In this document: piece by piece, positions 1-12,399 of the stretch
How positions within the stretch are numbered: position 1 is the stretch's first letter
How the letters are laid out: every line of letters starts with the position of its first letter
Assembly (NCBI RefSeq): GCF_004010195.1
Contig: NC_057711.1
Coordinates: 83,479,344 to 83,543,343, forward strand
Origin: Chiloscyllium plagiosum
Lineage: Eukaryota
DNA length: 64,000 nt
Direction: 5' to 3'
Notes under the pieces: generated by a model
Seen by the model: the letters and a program-made list of their open reading frames with translations, nothing else
Told to the model about the DNA's origin: nothing
Databases searched by the model: none
Translations under genes and position numbers: made by a program

Positions 1-2046
1 GTCTAACCAAAGTTTTATAGAGCTGCAACAAGATCTCATGGCTCTTAAACTCAATCCCCCTGTTAATGAAAGCCAAAACACCATATGCTTTCTTAACAAC
101 CCTGTCCACTTGGGTGGCAATTTTAAGGGATCTATGTACCTGCACACCAAGATTGCACTGTTCCTCCACATTGCCAAGAATACTGTCTTTAATCCTGTAC
201 TCAACTTTCAAATTCGACCTTCCAAAATGCTCTATCTGCTACCTCTCAGCCCATCTCTGCATTCTGTCAATGTCACGCTGCAGCCTACAACAGTCCTCTA
301 TACTGTCAACGACACCTCCAACCTTTGTGTCGTCTGCAAAATTGCTAACCCATCCTTCCATCTCCTCATCCAAGTCATTAATAAAAATTACAGAGTAGAG
401 GCCCCAAGAACAGAGCCCTGTGGAACACTACTCACCACTGACTTCCAGGCAGAATACTTTCCTTCCACAACCACTCGCTGTCTTCTGTCGATCAGCCAAT
501 TCTGTATCCAGATAGCTAAACTTCCCTGTATCCCATTCCTCCTGACCTTCTGAACGAGCCTACCATGGGGAACTTTATCAAATACCTTGCTGAAGTCCAT
601 ATACACCACATCCACCGTTCGACCCTCATCAACTTGGCTAGTAACATCCTCAAAGAACTCAATAAAATTTGTGAGGCATGACCTGCCCCTCACAAAGCCG
701 TGCTGACTGCATTTAATCAAGCCATCCTCTTCCAGATGTTCATAAATCTTATCCCTCATAATCCTTTCTAATAACTTGCAGATGACAGACGTGAGACTGA
801 CTGGTCTGTAATTGCCGGGGATTTCCCTATTTCCTTTCTTGAAGAGAGGAATTACATTTGCCTCCCTCCAGTCCTCAGGTACGACTCCGGTGGAGAGCGA
901 GGATGCAAAGATCTTCGCAAGCGGCGAAGCAATCACATTTCTCACTTCCCAAAGCAGCCGAGGACAAATCTGGTCTGGCCCTGGTGACTTGTCAATCTTA
1001 ATGTTTGTCAAAATTTTCAGCACATCAGCTTCCTCAATCTCTATCTGTTCCAGCATGCTTACCTGCTCCTGAATGGTTTCATTCACTACAAGATCCTTTT
1101 CTTTAGTAAAGACAGAAGCAAAAAACTCATTTCGGGCTTCCCCTACTTTCTCAGACTCTATGCACAAGTTCCTTATGCTATCCCTGATCGGCCCTACTCT
1201 TTCATTGATCATTCTCTTAATCCTCACATATGTGTAAAATGCCTTTGGATTTTCCCTAATCCTTCCTGCCAAGCCTTTTTCGTGCCCCCTCCTGACTCTC
1301 CTCAGACCATTTTTGAGCTCCTTCCTCGCCTGCCTGTAATTCTCTAGAGCTGAGCAAAACCCTTGCTTCCTCCACCTTACGCAAGCTGCCTTCTTTCTTT
1401 TGACGAGAAGCTCTTCCGCTCTCGTCATCCAAGGTTCCTTTATCTTACCCCTTCTTGCCTGTCTCAGAGGAACACAGTTATGCATCACTCACAACAAGTG
1501 TTCCTTAAACCGTCTCCACATGTCTATAGTGCCCTTTCCATGCAGCAATTGCTCCCAGTCCATGCTTCCCAACTCATGTCTGATAACATCATAGTTTCCT
1601 TTTCCCCAATTAAATATCCTCCCATTGTGCCTGCTTCTCTCCTTCTCCATAGCTATGTAGAATGTGAGGCAGTTGTGGTCACTATCACCAAAATGCTCTC
1701 CCACTGCAAGATCTGACACCAGCCCCGGCTCATTGCCGAGCACCAAATCCAAAATGGTCTCTCCCCTCATCGGCCTGTCAACATACTGAGTTAGGAAACC
1801 CTCCTGAACACGCCTTACAAAAACAGCTCCTTCCAAACCATCTGCTCGAAGGAAGTTCCAATCAATCTTGGGAAAGTTAAAGTCACCCATAACAACAACC
1901 CTACTACATTCACATTTTTCCAAAATCTGCCAACCTATGCTTTCTTCAATCTCCCTGCTGCTATTGGGGGGCCTGTAGTAAACACCTAATGAGCTGACTG
2001 CTCCCTTACTGTTCCTTATTTCCACCCATACTGACTCAGTAGGCAG
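1..2046 (-). mobile_element. CR1-clade LINE, 5'-truncated and inactivated ORF2 (endonuclease C-terminal part plus reverse transcriptase); runs off the window start
   Basis: ORF 1489-2025 has APE endonuclease motifs (GVYYRPP, MGDFNFP, LDLVL, SDHN). ORF 388-1488 has RT motifs (KSPGPD, NYRPVSLTSV, QHGF, DFSKVFDKVPH, VPQGSVLG). An in-frame TGA at 1489-1491 separates them, a frameshift lies near 400, FADDTK is near 330, and a stop plus short deletion lies near 230-240. Confidence 0.95.
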
Positions 2047-2989
2047 TAGGACTGACTCATGCTACACTCCAAAATATTGTATCATTAGCAGAAGCCCAAT
2101 TGATCTCTAAATGAATAATGAAAAAAAAACACAATGAATTACAGTAATTCAATGGTCCACCATCCAGCACTTGCCTTAAAATCCGAAATTCCATCCTTGA
2201 GTGTATACTGAGCTGTATACAAGGGGAGGTTGTCACCTGATTCTGACCTGATGCTTCTTAAACTTTTGTGCCAACTTGATGTGAATTGTACATCAAAACA
2301 CATAATAGCATGAAAAAATTAATTTCCTCATGACAACATTTACGTTGAGGATAATATCTTGACTTACAAATCTGTTGATCTGTTATTTATGAAGAACTAG
2401 GGTTGACATTTACATGGTAAATTCTGAACTTTTGGCACGATTCATTTTGCATTCATGAAGAAAATTTTAGTAGTAACACCTAAATTCTCTTTGTATCTCT
2501 TGGAAGACTTTTGAACCAGGGGCCCCTAGCTCCATCCTAGGATTTGATGGGTAAGAGCACATTGTGGGAGATCAAAACATTGCCCATGGAACAATGTCCA
2601 CATTATTGGATCAAAAAGATAGTCAAGTTAATAGAGGACATAGCAGCTAGGCTGCAGAGTATTGAAGCTTTATTTAATTGCATGAATGTGTCAGTAAAGT
2701 TCAAGTGAACTGTCCCTTTATTTGTGAGTCCTGACCTTCATTTATATGTAAGGCACAGTACCTTCCCTGTGGTGCTCTGCAATATCTTGTGTCGGTTCAT
2801 TATCTTCTCCTATCTCCTCATTTTAGGAGAGACATAACACTCAATGATATGCTCATTACTCAATTGCTCTCTTGTCTGTAATACGGAACATAGCACACCA
2901 TAATCATTCCATGAGAACCTTTCGACGTAATTCAGCAAATTGGTTTGGGAATCTGAATAGCATCTTCTGAAGCCTGTGGCCAATGCTTT

Positions 2990-4375
2990 ATTCATGGGAT
3001 GTGGCCAATACTGACCAATACAGCATTTATTGCCAATTCCTCATTACCTTTAAGAAGGTGGTGGTGTGAAGCCTTGTTAAACTGCTGCAATTCATGTGTA
3101 GGTACATCCACAATGCTGTTCGGAAATTAGTTTCAGGATTTTAACCCAGTGACAGTGAAGGAATGATGATTTAGTTCTAAGTTTGGACCTTGTGGGGTTG
3201 AAGGGAAAATTCACAACTGGTGCTGTTTCTGTATGTTTTGCTTCACTTGTCCTTTCAGATGGTAGAATTAATGGGTTTAGAAGGTACTGACAGATGAGTA
3301 TTGTGAGTTACTGCAGCGTATTTTGTAAAGGTGCACATTGTTGCCACTGTGCGTCGATGGTGTAGTGAATATTGTGGAAGGTACCAAACAAGGAAGCCAG
3401 TTTGTCCTGGACAATGTCAAATTTCTTGAGTGTTGCAGCTGCATTCATTGGCAGTATTCCATCACAATCCTGACTTGTGTCGCATAAATGGTAGACAGGC
3501 TTGGGTGAGTCAGGAAGTGAATTACTTCCCACAGTATCTGACCTGTTCGTATAAGAGCAGTATTTATTAGGCCGGTCCAGTTATATGAGATTAATAGTAA
3601 CTCCTAGGATAGTGATAGTATGGTTAGTGATGATAGTGTCATTAAATCTGAGAGTTTTGTTTATTTTTGTAAACTTGTAAAAATGTTAAATTTCTAATAA
3701 AAATATCTATAAAAAAAAAATCTCAAAGGGGGATAGTTACATTCTTTCGTGCTTAAAATGATCATTGCCAGACAATTATCTGACAAAAAAATTATTTACC
3801 ACCCAAGTTTGAATGTTCTCTATATCTCTTATGAAGTAGCTGAAGATGGTTTGGTAGACAATGCACAATGAGGTCCTGATATGGTTGACCTCCAACAACC
3901 CAAACTATCTTCCTTGGTGCTGGGTGTAAATCCAGACAACAGAGAGATTTCCCTCAATTCCCATTGATTCTGGGTTTTGCTAGGCCTCCTTACTGTCACA
4001 CTTGATCAAATGCAGCCTTGATGTCAAGGGCTATGACTCTGAGCTTACCTCTGGAGTTCAGCTCTTTTGTCCATGATGTCAGGAGCTGAGTGTCAGTGGG
4101 TAGGTTATTAGTAAGTAAGTACTGCTTGGTAGAACTTTGACAACCCAGTCCTTCATTTTACTGATGTTCGAGAGTGGATAGGACAGTAATTGGCTTGGTT
4201 AGTTTTGTCCTGCTTTTTTGCATAGGGCATACACGGGCAAGCTTTCATGTAACTGGGTAAATGTCAGAATTGTGGCTGTTTTTGATCAGCTTGGCTAGTG
4301 GCGTCATTAGGTCAGGAACATGTACCATTAGTACTATTGCCAGATTGATGTCAGGTCCTTAGCTCTTGCATTTTA
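2990..4375 (-). mobile_element. Decayed CR1/L2-group LINE, 3' portion (same family as 36800-38620)
   Basis: The 3' tail at 2990-3100 matches 31052-31160, 32695-32785 and the SINE tail at 18840-18907. A degenerate RT segment resembling LDIKAAFD lies near 4000-4030. Confidence 0.75.
3650..3720 (+). mobile_element. Short poly(A)-tailed retroposed fragment (L1/Tx1-like 3' end) nested in the LINE
   Basis: T-rich body, AATAAA near 3696, A10 tail at 3711-3720, flanked by AAATCT at 3644-3649 and 3718-3723. Confidence 0.6.
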
Positions 4376-4589
4376 TAGTGTCTAGTGTGTTGTATATGAC
4401 CTTCCATAGCCCTAACACTTATTAAAAGAATCACTCACATTCATGGCTAGCTGTCCAGGCTTAGACATTTCACAGAACGTTTCTAAGTTCCAAGAGCAAA
4501 AGCCTACTAACCCTGACTTGCCCTTTGCTGTTCTAAGCCTCTAAGCAAACTGCTGTTCTGTACTCTTACCTTGTATTCATATACTTTTT

Positions 4590-4715
4590 AAGTGTAGTCA
4601 CAATAGGAAACTTGGCAGCCAATTTGCACATAGAAAACTCTTACAAACAGCAATGTGACCATTGCCAGATATTCTTTTGTTGTCAACCATATATTGGGTG
4701 GGATAACAAGAACAT
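4590..4715 (-). mobile_element. Deu-domain SINE fragment
   Basis: The reverse complement resembles the central and 3' part of the copy at 55655-56090 (cacattgctgtttgt...gtgcaaattggctgcc...gactacactt). Confidence 0.6.
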
Positions 4716-4829
4716 CGCACATGCTAATGACATTAACCGACAATGCACACTGATAAGGCAATGAGGTATTCTGATAAGATGCTTGAGTACAAGCTTTTGG
4801 TAGCTTGTAGTTGTTTTTTGTAATACTCA

Positions 4830-5090
4830 TTTAGGGGATATGGGTAATGCTGGCCAGATATATGGGTATATTTGGAATTACATGTAGGTCACAAGGAAGG
4901 AAAGCAAATTTCTATTTCTAAACTGCATTAGTGAACAAGATGGATTTTTATGACAATGGTTACATGTCACTAGCTTTTTATTCTAGATTTTTATTGAATT
5001 CAAATTTGTCTTTGCCACAGTAATCTCCAGAACATTGGTCTGGCATTCTGGGTTATTCATCTAGTGACATTGTCACTGTGCCACTGCCTT
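4830..5090 (-). mobile_element. Decayed tRNA-like SINE, same family as 18518-18907
   Basis: The reverse complement shows the ggcagtggcacagtgacaatgtcactaga head and the ...catcttgttcactaatg... body. Confidence 0.65.
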
Positions 5091-6090
5091 CTTGAACCAG
5101 TCAAAGAGACTGTCCATTTGCCTGTGGTGGAGAATGGACCAAACTAGGTCTCAGCAGAACAACAAAATGTAGTTTATTATTACATCACAGCAATGATATT
5201 CAGATTATATAAATTCTTTGGCATATTGACAATTACTAATACTAATATAATTAGATAATACTGATCTGTCTCCACTGGAGACCGTGCTAGAAACCAACTG
5301 ATTCTCCACCCAGAGGCTGTATGATGTCATCAAACTGGCCGGAGCTCAGCATTGCTCAAATATTAACTCTTTCAAAAGAACTGCCTCTTCTCCGATAAGG
5401 CACAATGGGATATTTTATAATTACCTAAAAATATTATGTTTTAGAATGTCATCCAAAATACAGCATCTCCAACAGTACAACATTTCTTTGCACTCCAGGA
5501 ACCTTGCATTTGAGGTGCTACCAACTGGCTAACGTGTTAAATAAATGCATTTTTAAAATAATCCTGCCTTCACCTGATGGTTGATATTCAGCCTACGCAC
5601 AAAAGATGAGAATCAGATGACAGAATATGACATATTCTAATAAATCAACTTATAGTGGCAAGTTTTCTATGTCCAATCTTTGCTACTCTGTACCTGATAT
5701 TGAGCAGATGAATCTACACTCTACCTCAAAGCATCTGAAATTCTTTTACAGGAATGATCAGTAGCATTTAAACAAAGTAAAATATTTCAGGGAAAACACT
5801 CCCAGAAATATCAACAGAAAGATGGAAACAACAGGTGGCTGATAATATCCAGAAAAGAGAAAAGGGGTCAGAAGAAGCCTTCCACCTGTAACCCAAAAGG
5901 CTGGATCTCACTCTCAGGCCGAATCAGCTGTGTTTACATTGTGCAAAGAAATCATTTGTCAAGAAAGCATTCAAGAATTCTCCATGCCCACCTTTTACTA
6001 TGTAAACTCTTAAGAACATGCATGCGAAAGCACTTGGACACAATTTCATGTAAAAAGAAGGAAAAATGGAATGGTACATCACATTAAACA

Positions 6091-6107
6091 TCACACACAC
6101 ACACACA
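6091..6107. repeat. (CA)n microsatellite
   Basis: cacacacacacacaca read directly. Confidence 0.9.
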
Positions 6108-6109
6108 TT

Positions 6110-6323
6110 AGATTCAAGGAAAATTCATTCTGAGTAGAAAATAGCCAATTTAATACCTTTATTCAAAACAGAGGGATGCAGAAAGCAGGAAACTACAAGC
6201 CAGTTCCTTTGATATCTGATGTAGGGAAGAAGTTACAAACTATTGCTAAAGATGTTATAACAGGGCATTTGAATAAATTCAAGATAATTAGGCAGAGTCA
6301 ACATGGTTTTGTCAAAGGGAAAT
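6110..6323 (+). mobile_element. CR1 LINE RT fragment
   Basis: Degenerate AGNYKPV...IIRQSQHGFVKGKS; cut by the adjacent HE1 SINE. Confidence 0.85.
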
Positions 6324-6642
6324 CATAGAATTGCTACAGTGTGGAAACAGGCCATTCGGCCCAACAAGTCCACACCAATCCTCTGAAGTGTAACCCACCC
6401 AGACCGTATTATTCTACATTTATGCCTAACTAATGCACCTAACCCATATATCCTGAACACTATAGGCAATTTAACATGACCAATTCACCCAACCTGCACA
6501 TCTTTGGATTTTGGGAGGAAACCCGCACAGACACGGGGAGAATGTGCAAACTCCACACAGACAGTCACCTGAGGCTGGAATCAAACCTGGAACCCTGGCG
6601 CTTTGATGCTGCAGTGCTAACCACTGAGCCACCATACCGCCC
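6324..6642 (-). mobile_element. HE1: HE1-type (V-SINE) tRNA-derived SINE
   Basis: The reverse complement has the tRNA-like head GGTGGCTCAGTGGTTAGCACTGC, the V-SINE core TGTGTGGAGTTTGCACATTCTCCCCG and a CR1-like tail GGCCTGTTTCCACACTGTA. Confidence 0.9.
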
Positions 6643-6869
6643 CAAACATGTTTTCAAAAGGCGAAGCTAGTCATTTCATCTGCTACTACAGAGTAGCAAC
6701 ACAAATGGAATTCTTTACTAACAGGACGTCATCATCAAGTCAAAAATACTTTCTATTTAGCGCAGTAACGTCGGTGTGATAACAGGAGTATTTGTTTTAT
6801 TTCCTGGTGGATCATATCAATCAGCAAGGCCCTTATTGTTCGCAGTAGGCAGTGTTCTAAGTATAGGCG

Positions 6870-6987
6870 AAAGTGAGGACTGCAGATGCTGGAGTTTAGA
6901 GTCAAAATTAGAGTGGTGCTGGAAAAGCACAGCAGGTTAGGCAGCGTCCGAGGAGCAGGAAAATCGATGTTTCAGGCAAAAGCCCTA
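6870..6987 (-). mobile_element. Penelope-type short terminal repeat, family A (truncated before the hammerhead CUGAUGA box)
   Basis: aaagtgaggactgcagatgctgg...gtgctggaaaagcacagcagg is shared with the copies at 8640-8735, 35899-36068, 45252-45463 and 60640-60740. Confidence 0.7.
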
Positions 6988-8499
6988 AGCATACTCAATC
7001 AACCAGCCCAACGCTTCAAATGTCAGAAGAAAAGTCACAACTTTACGTTTTGTTGAATTGTGGGGGTAAGTGTGTTAGGTGGCGACAAATATGTTAGCCT
7101 CTCTCCCCACAGCCCAGAAAACCTTATCTATCATATGACAATTAACTCATCAAAAGCTGACAAACACAGCATAGGTATGCTTCTTGGGCTATTGCAGACC
7201 GTAAAAACATTGTCCCAGATTGCCAGAAACTGCCAAGCTCCATCAGCCAACCAAAGGCTTGAGGCTTTGGGTCCGAATGAGTGTCAGTCTAGATCTACCC
7301 ATTGGGGGATCCCTTGGGGAGAAGTTAAGTAAATTCTAAACTCTTCTTATGGAGTCAGGGTTTCAGTGGAAGGAGAGATTGGGGGTCAGAAATTACCTCC
7401 CTGCCCTCCTATCCTTGTCTCTAATTACTTCCAGCTTGGGCAGTTGGAAGTTTTCACCAACGTGGCAGGCAGAATGCCTTAGTTTCCCAGTCAGAAAACT
7501 TGCCACCTTTATTGTGCAATAGACAGGAGGTAACTAAAAATGTGGTAAGGTGAGTTGAGGCCCTTATGTGGCCATTAATTGACCAAATATGGACCTTAAT
7601 TGATTGCAGGTTGAGCAGGTCATCCATGGACCTTCTCACACACAACATAATTATTGGAGTGATGAGAAGTGGATGAATATCTTACCAGGGCCAACTCACC
7701 CAATTATTTCCTCTTTTCACCATCTTTCTCATCATTTCCAGGAAGGAGAATATTGTACCCATACTGTCCAATAGTGGGAGCAGTTCCATAATTAGACAGC
7801 ACTTACTGAACAATTCCATGTGCTATGAATTACACTAACAACCAATTTACAATTACCATTTGAAGTTACAATGTGCTTCACTCAAAACTACAAAGCTAAT
7901 AAACATGCAATACACTGCCTTTGCAAACAGATGGAGTATGTTTAGGCATTATACCTTTTCAAACAAACAATCGCCTGGAGGTAACTGTTCTCTACTGAAT
8001 TCCAACAGCAACACCTCAAGCAGGTTTGACTGGCATTTTTTTTACATTTAATCAATCAACAGCTTGGGAAAATCACAGAATGATTACAATGCAGACTGAG
8101 ACCATTTGGCCCATTTTATGTGTACTGAATTTACTTGTTTTTACTGTGAACTCGTGCAATCTTCATGGTAACTTCTCAATCAGTGTCCAACTATCAACCA
8201 ATCAGCACCCTTTATCTCATGCACTACAAATTATTTCTACATTTAAAATTTCGTGTTTTTGGATCTGGCCTTAATGAGTACATGACAAAAAGGTTCAACA
8301 GCAGTTTTTCTTTTATTTGGTAATCCTCAAATTTAATCTTGTAAATTAGAAGTCCCTCAGTCCTGGTGTTCCTTTCCCTCTCTTCGACCAGCATCAGAGC
8401 TGGACAACCTGTCCTGTCCCAGAACATACTTGTAGCCGGATCACTGTTCCTTTGGATTTCAGCCAGAATCCAACTTCCCCTGCTCTCATTTCTCACTGT

Positions 8500-8735
8500 A
8501 GGTACCTTGTTACCTTCCCCCACCCTCCTCTCTGACCTATCACCTCCATCCCCACCCCCATTCACCTATTGTACTCGATGCTACTTTCTCCCCACCCCCA
8601 CCCCCCTCTCATTTATCTCTCCACTCTGCAGGCATCCTGCCTCTATTCCTGATGAATGGCTTTTGCCCGAAACATCGCTTTTCCTGCTCCTCTGTGCTGC
8701 CTGACCTGCTGTGCTTTTCCAGCACCACTCTAATC
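8500..8735 (+). mobile_element. Penelope-type 3' fragment, family A, with C-rich tract and hammerhead-like core
   Basis: C-rich segment, then CTGATGA-a-TGGC-TTTT-GCCC-GAAAC-ATC at 8649-8676, then the family A tail. Confidence 0.7.
8649..8676 (+). ncRNA. Minimal type I hammerhead-ribozyme-like motif (degenerate copy)
   Basis: CUGAUGA and GAAA boxes flank a short stem II (GGC/GCC) and are followed by an NUH triplet (AUC; GUC in sister copies). Confidence 0.55.
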
Positions 8736-11700
8736 ATTTCTCACTCTGCCCACTGTTGCTGAAGTTATTTTCACTGGTTCTGGGAATATACAAAGTAATT
8801 GAGGCAATGCTATTAAAATTAGCCAACCTGACTGAATTCATGAAATCTGAAATTGTGTCTACCTGAGCTCCTTGTACATTGATCCCACCCTGCCTTAAAA
8901 TTATCCCCTGCAGACCTGTGTTCTTTGTTCTTTACAATCTTTGAACACACTGTCTTGCAGTGAATTCTTGATATCTGACATGCACACAGTATTTGCCAGT
9001 CAATCCTCAGTACACATCCTAATTTTCTCTTAATTGCACTTAATAACTATGCAACAAGCAATATAAGTTTAACAGTCTGCATTTCTTCTTTGCAAAAGTT
9101 GACAATGCCTTCACAAATGTTAAAGCAAAAAAAAGACACTTTAATACATAATTAGGAACATTAATGAATGGAGGAAATTGTACACATTTTCCTCCCATGC
9201 ACATCATCAAGATCAAATTCACTTTTATTTTATCTCTGATTTGACAAAACAATAAACTAATTACTTAGATCAATAAACAAATGAATATTTTCTTCTTGTT
9301 AAGAGAAGAATGGAATGAAAGATGAGGAAAATATGTCATGATTAACGTGATATCCACAATAGAATGTCAAGCAAATAACTTAAAAGCCCCTGGCATTTAT
9401 TGTTTTACGTTAAAGCTAATCCTAGCTTAAACTTATTTTCTTTTCTGTAGTGGACACATGATATGAGACTGTACCTATCTTTCATTTGGATTTGGCTAAA
9501 TATTTACTCTATATGTGTACATGTACTTGGAATGTTATGGAAACAAACTGACTGGAATTGTCAGGAATTTATACTACTGAAGTAAATCATTTTCTTGGCT
9601 GTCAATGGAGTAAGCTGTAATTTTAAAAAAGCAGAGTTGTCATCCTGCTCTGTTTCACATCCAAATGCATCAGGTTTAAGATCTGCATTGTAGCCTTGGC
9701 AATAAATAGCTTTAAAGTTTTACAGCATTGCTACCATTTTCTGATTTTACTGTTTCATTTAGAATTTTGTAAAATGGAGGAGGTGAATGGGCAAGAACCA
9801 CATCTAGTTGAGGTGAAACAGCACAAGTAATAATTTGAAAAAGATCCTGAGCAAGGTGTCATGCACTCAATTCAAACGCTATACAGACGCATTATGATTG
9901 CATTGAGACCTGATGATTATTCATAAAGCATGAAATCTATTTTGCTCATGTTTTAAGTAACAGATATTACAAGTGATATGTATTTAATAGTTGTCACAGA
10001 CTGCGCATCAAACGGTCTTGCAGCAGAAGTAAAGATTACATGGCAAGCCATCCAGTACACTAAGGGTACAATTGCATTTCTCCAAACAGACCCCTTTTCA
10101 GAGACAAAACAAAATAAATTGCACACAATATAATTTGCAATTACAAATTAGACAAATTGACCAATATGCATGTTTAAAAAAAATTTCATTCATAAAAAAA
10201 GTCAACTCCAGCCAATTCCATTTTCATCAGTCTGTATCCATGCATTGTATTCATAGCCCAATTATTCCAATGGCCAGGCAATAATTAATTCAGTTTAGAT
10301 GGGAGTTGCACATGGGGGCACTATAGAATCACCATTATAGCAGACTCCCAGGAAATTGCTGATGAAATTGAAGATTCCACTTTGGCAATTCCCCTGTACT
10401 TATTGCTCTTTGAAAGTATCCATTTAAATCAGAGAAATAGGAAGGCTGCAATGAAATTAATCAAATAGTTATTCAGGAAAACTAGACTTGTCAAAACATT
10501 GTCTAACTCCTTAGTAACTATTCAACTAGTCCCTTAATTACCTCACAAATCCAGACCCATTCCTGCTTCTCAGTTTCCTCTGCTCCGCACACGTTCCTGA
10601 CACCAATCCCCTTCTCCTGCTGCCAACCAACTAGACTTCCCCTGCCAACCTCCTTCACTGACACCAGTCTTGGCATACAGACCCTTGCCCTCACAAACGT
10701 TACGTGCATTTGCCTCCCTACCCCCCTCAAATTCTCCTGCCACCTACCCTCAAAATCTGACAGCCATCATCACCCAATCCCCACCAGACTTAATTTCTCC
10801 CAGCCACCCAACCTACCCCAAATACTGCAACACAAACCTGGCTCCCTTGTACCCTAGGACTTTACCCCCTACTCACTTGGCATCCACTGCATCTGCTACC
10901 CTATCCTCTGGAAATCTACTCACTTAGCATATTACCTAACTTCACTCCCTGGCACCATACCCCTACTCGGCTGGAATGCTACTTACCTGGCACCTTACCC
11001 TCTCAGGGCCCTGACCTCACATTTACCTTATGTACTTACTATTTGACAGCAGTCAAAGTGGCTTGTGGACATATAAACTTTAGAATTGGGCAGCTCACTG
11101 TTGTGGAAAGAGGCATGGTTTGCCTTCCCCTGACAGTTCTACTGAATGAGGGAAAGTTGAATAGAAATATGGCTCCAAAGTTCAGAAAAAGCTCTGACTG
11201 GACTCTCCTGTCTAAAGCCTCTCTTTAGGAGATGAATAAGGCTCAGGGTCACAATCTGCATAGGTTGCCATTCCCTGGAAAATATGATCCAGAAACAACC
11301 AATTGTGCAGCACTCCCACTGGCATATATGCATATTTTTCTTCCACTTTTCCGGTGGCCACTATTCCATCCAGATTCCAAGTTGCCAATGGGATGACTTT
11401 TGTTGAGAAAGTGGAACACATAAAACTCTGATTGGTTGTCCAATGCTCAGCTCTGGCTATGACTTGGCAGTTTTATCAAAGTGAAATTTTGGCTTTGTAT
11501 CATTTCACCTTGACTTTGTCCCTCACACCTATTGTTGCTTCAGGTTTACTAGTTTTTACACTATTTGAAGAACATTTTGGGTGTAACATGACATTAGTGT
11601 TTGAACTGGATCACATTCCATGCCTTCAGTAGTCCAGGATTTTCTCAGTTTCATTTGAGACCAGCTGTAAGCCAAGGGAATAAAAACCTTTCCTACTGAT

Positions 11701-12399
11701 GAATCTTTTTAGCTGCCTGTTGGGTCTCAAGATGGCCCCATGGATGAACTTGAAAATGCCATACATCTGAGGGTATTTTGTGTTGGAGGCAAAACCCAAT
11801 TCCATTTCTTCCTGTGAGGTTGCCTATAATTAAAATAAGGTTCTGTTAAGTTCTGGTAGATAAAATATAAATGACAAGTGAGATGCAGTGGTGTACAACA
11901 ATCTTTGAGATTCCATTAAGGTCTACAGCTGACCCTTGGAAGCAGGCAGAAATAAGAAGTTCAAGGTCTCAGTAATGACAGGATGTGATCTGTAGCATTT
12001 TTTGGCAATGAGGTTATAGATATCGAGAACCTTATGCTTTAGTGAGTCACAATCTCCTGCGACACTGGATCTTAGTCATTTCCTGATAACTTCATTTTGA
12101 ATGAAGAATCCTAAAATGTGGGGTAACCTCTAATCCCATTCTACCTTTTCCTTCCTATGCCCTCCACTTACCCATCCTCTGAACTTTGTTGCCTCTCATC
12201 AACCTACAGCACAAAATCTGACCACTGTGTTTGTGCTGATTGGAACCTCGCTTCAGGGTGGCCAGCCATATTTTTGTCTTTATCATTTTGGTCCCTAAAT
12301 TTTATACCCTACTTTGCAGTTTGTTGTATATTTTATATCTGGGAACTATAGAGAGAAAACAAGTTGTTTTGTGCATGTAACAGCTTTTATTAATAATGC

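Noticed and set aside
38..553. 171-aa plus-strand ORF
   Set aside because: Antisense shadow of the CR1 RT.
388..2025. Two long ORFs as functional genes or a retron-like RT system
   Set aside because: They are one CR1 ORF2 broken by a stop, a frameshift and a deletion, and 5'-truncated.
2762..2875. Minus-strand exon-like segment ending MNRHKILQSTTGK/gtactg
   Set aside because: All three frames contain stops across the AG-to-GT span and the donor is weak; a first coding exon cannot be excluded but is unsupported.
9911..9990. C/D-box snoRNA starting at TGATGA
   Set aside because: No downstream CTGA D box with a terminal stem at a suitable distance.
10520..11830. C-rich region and following sequence as a distinct element
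   Set aside because: Looks like a decayed repeat, but I could not define termini, a TSD or coding motifs.
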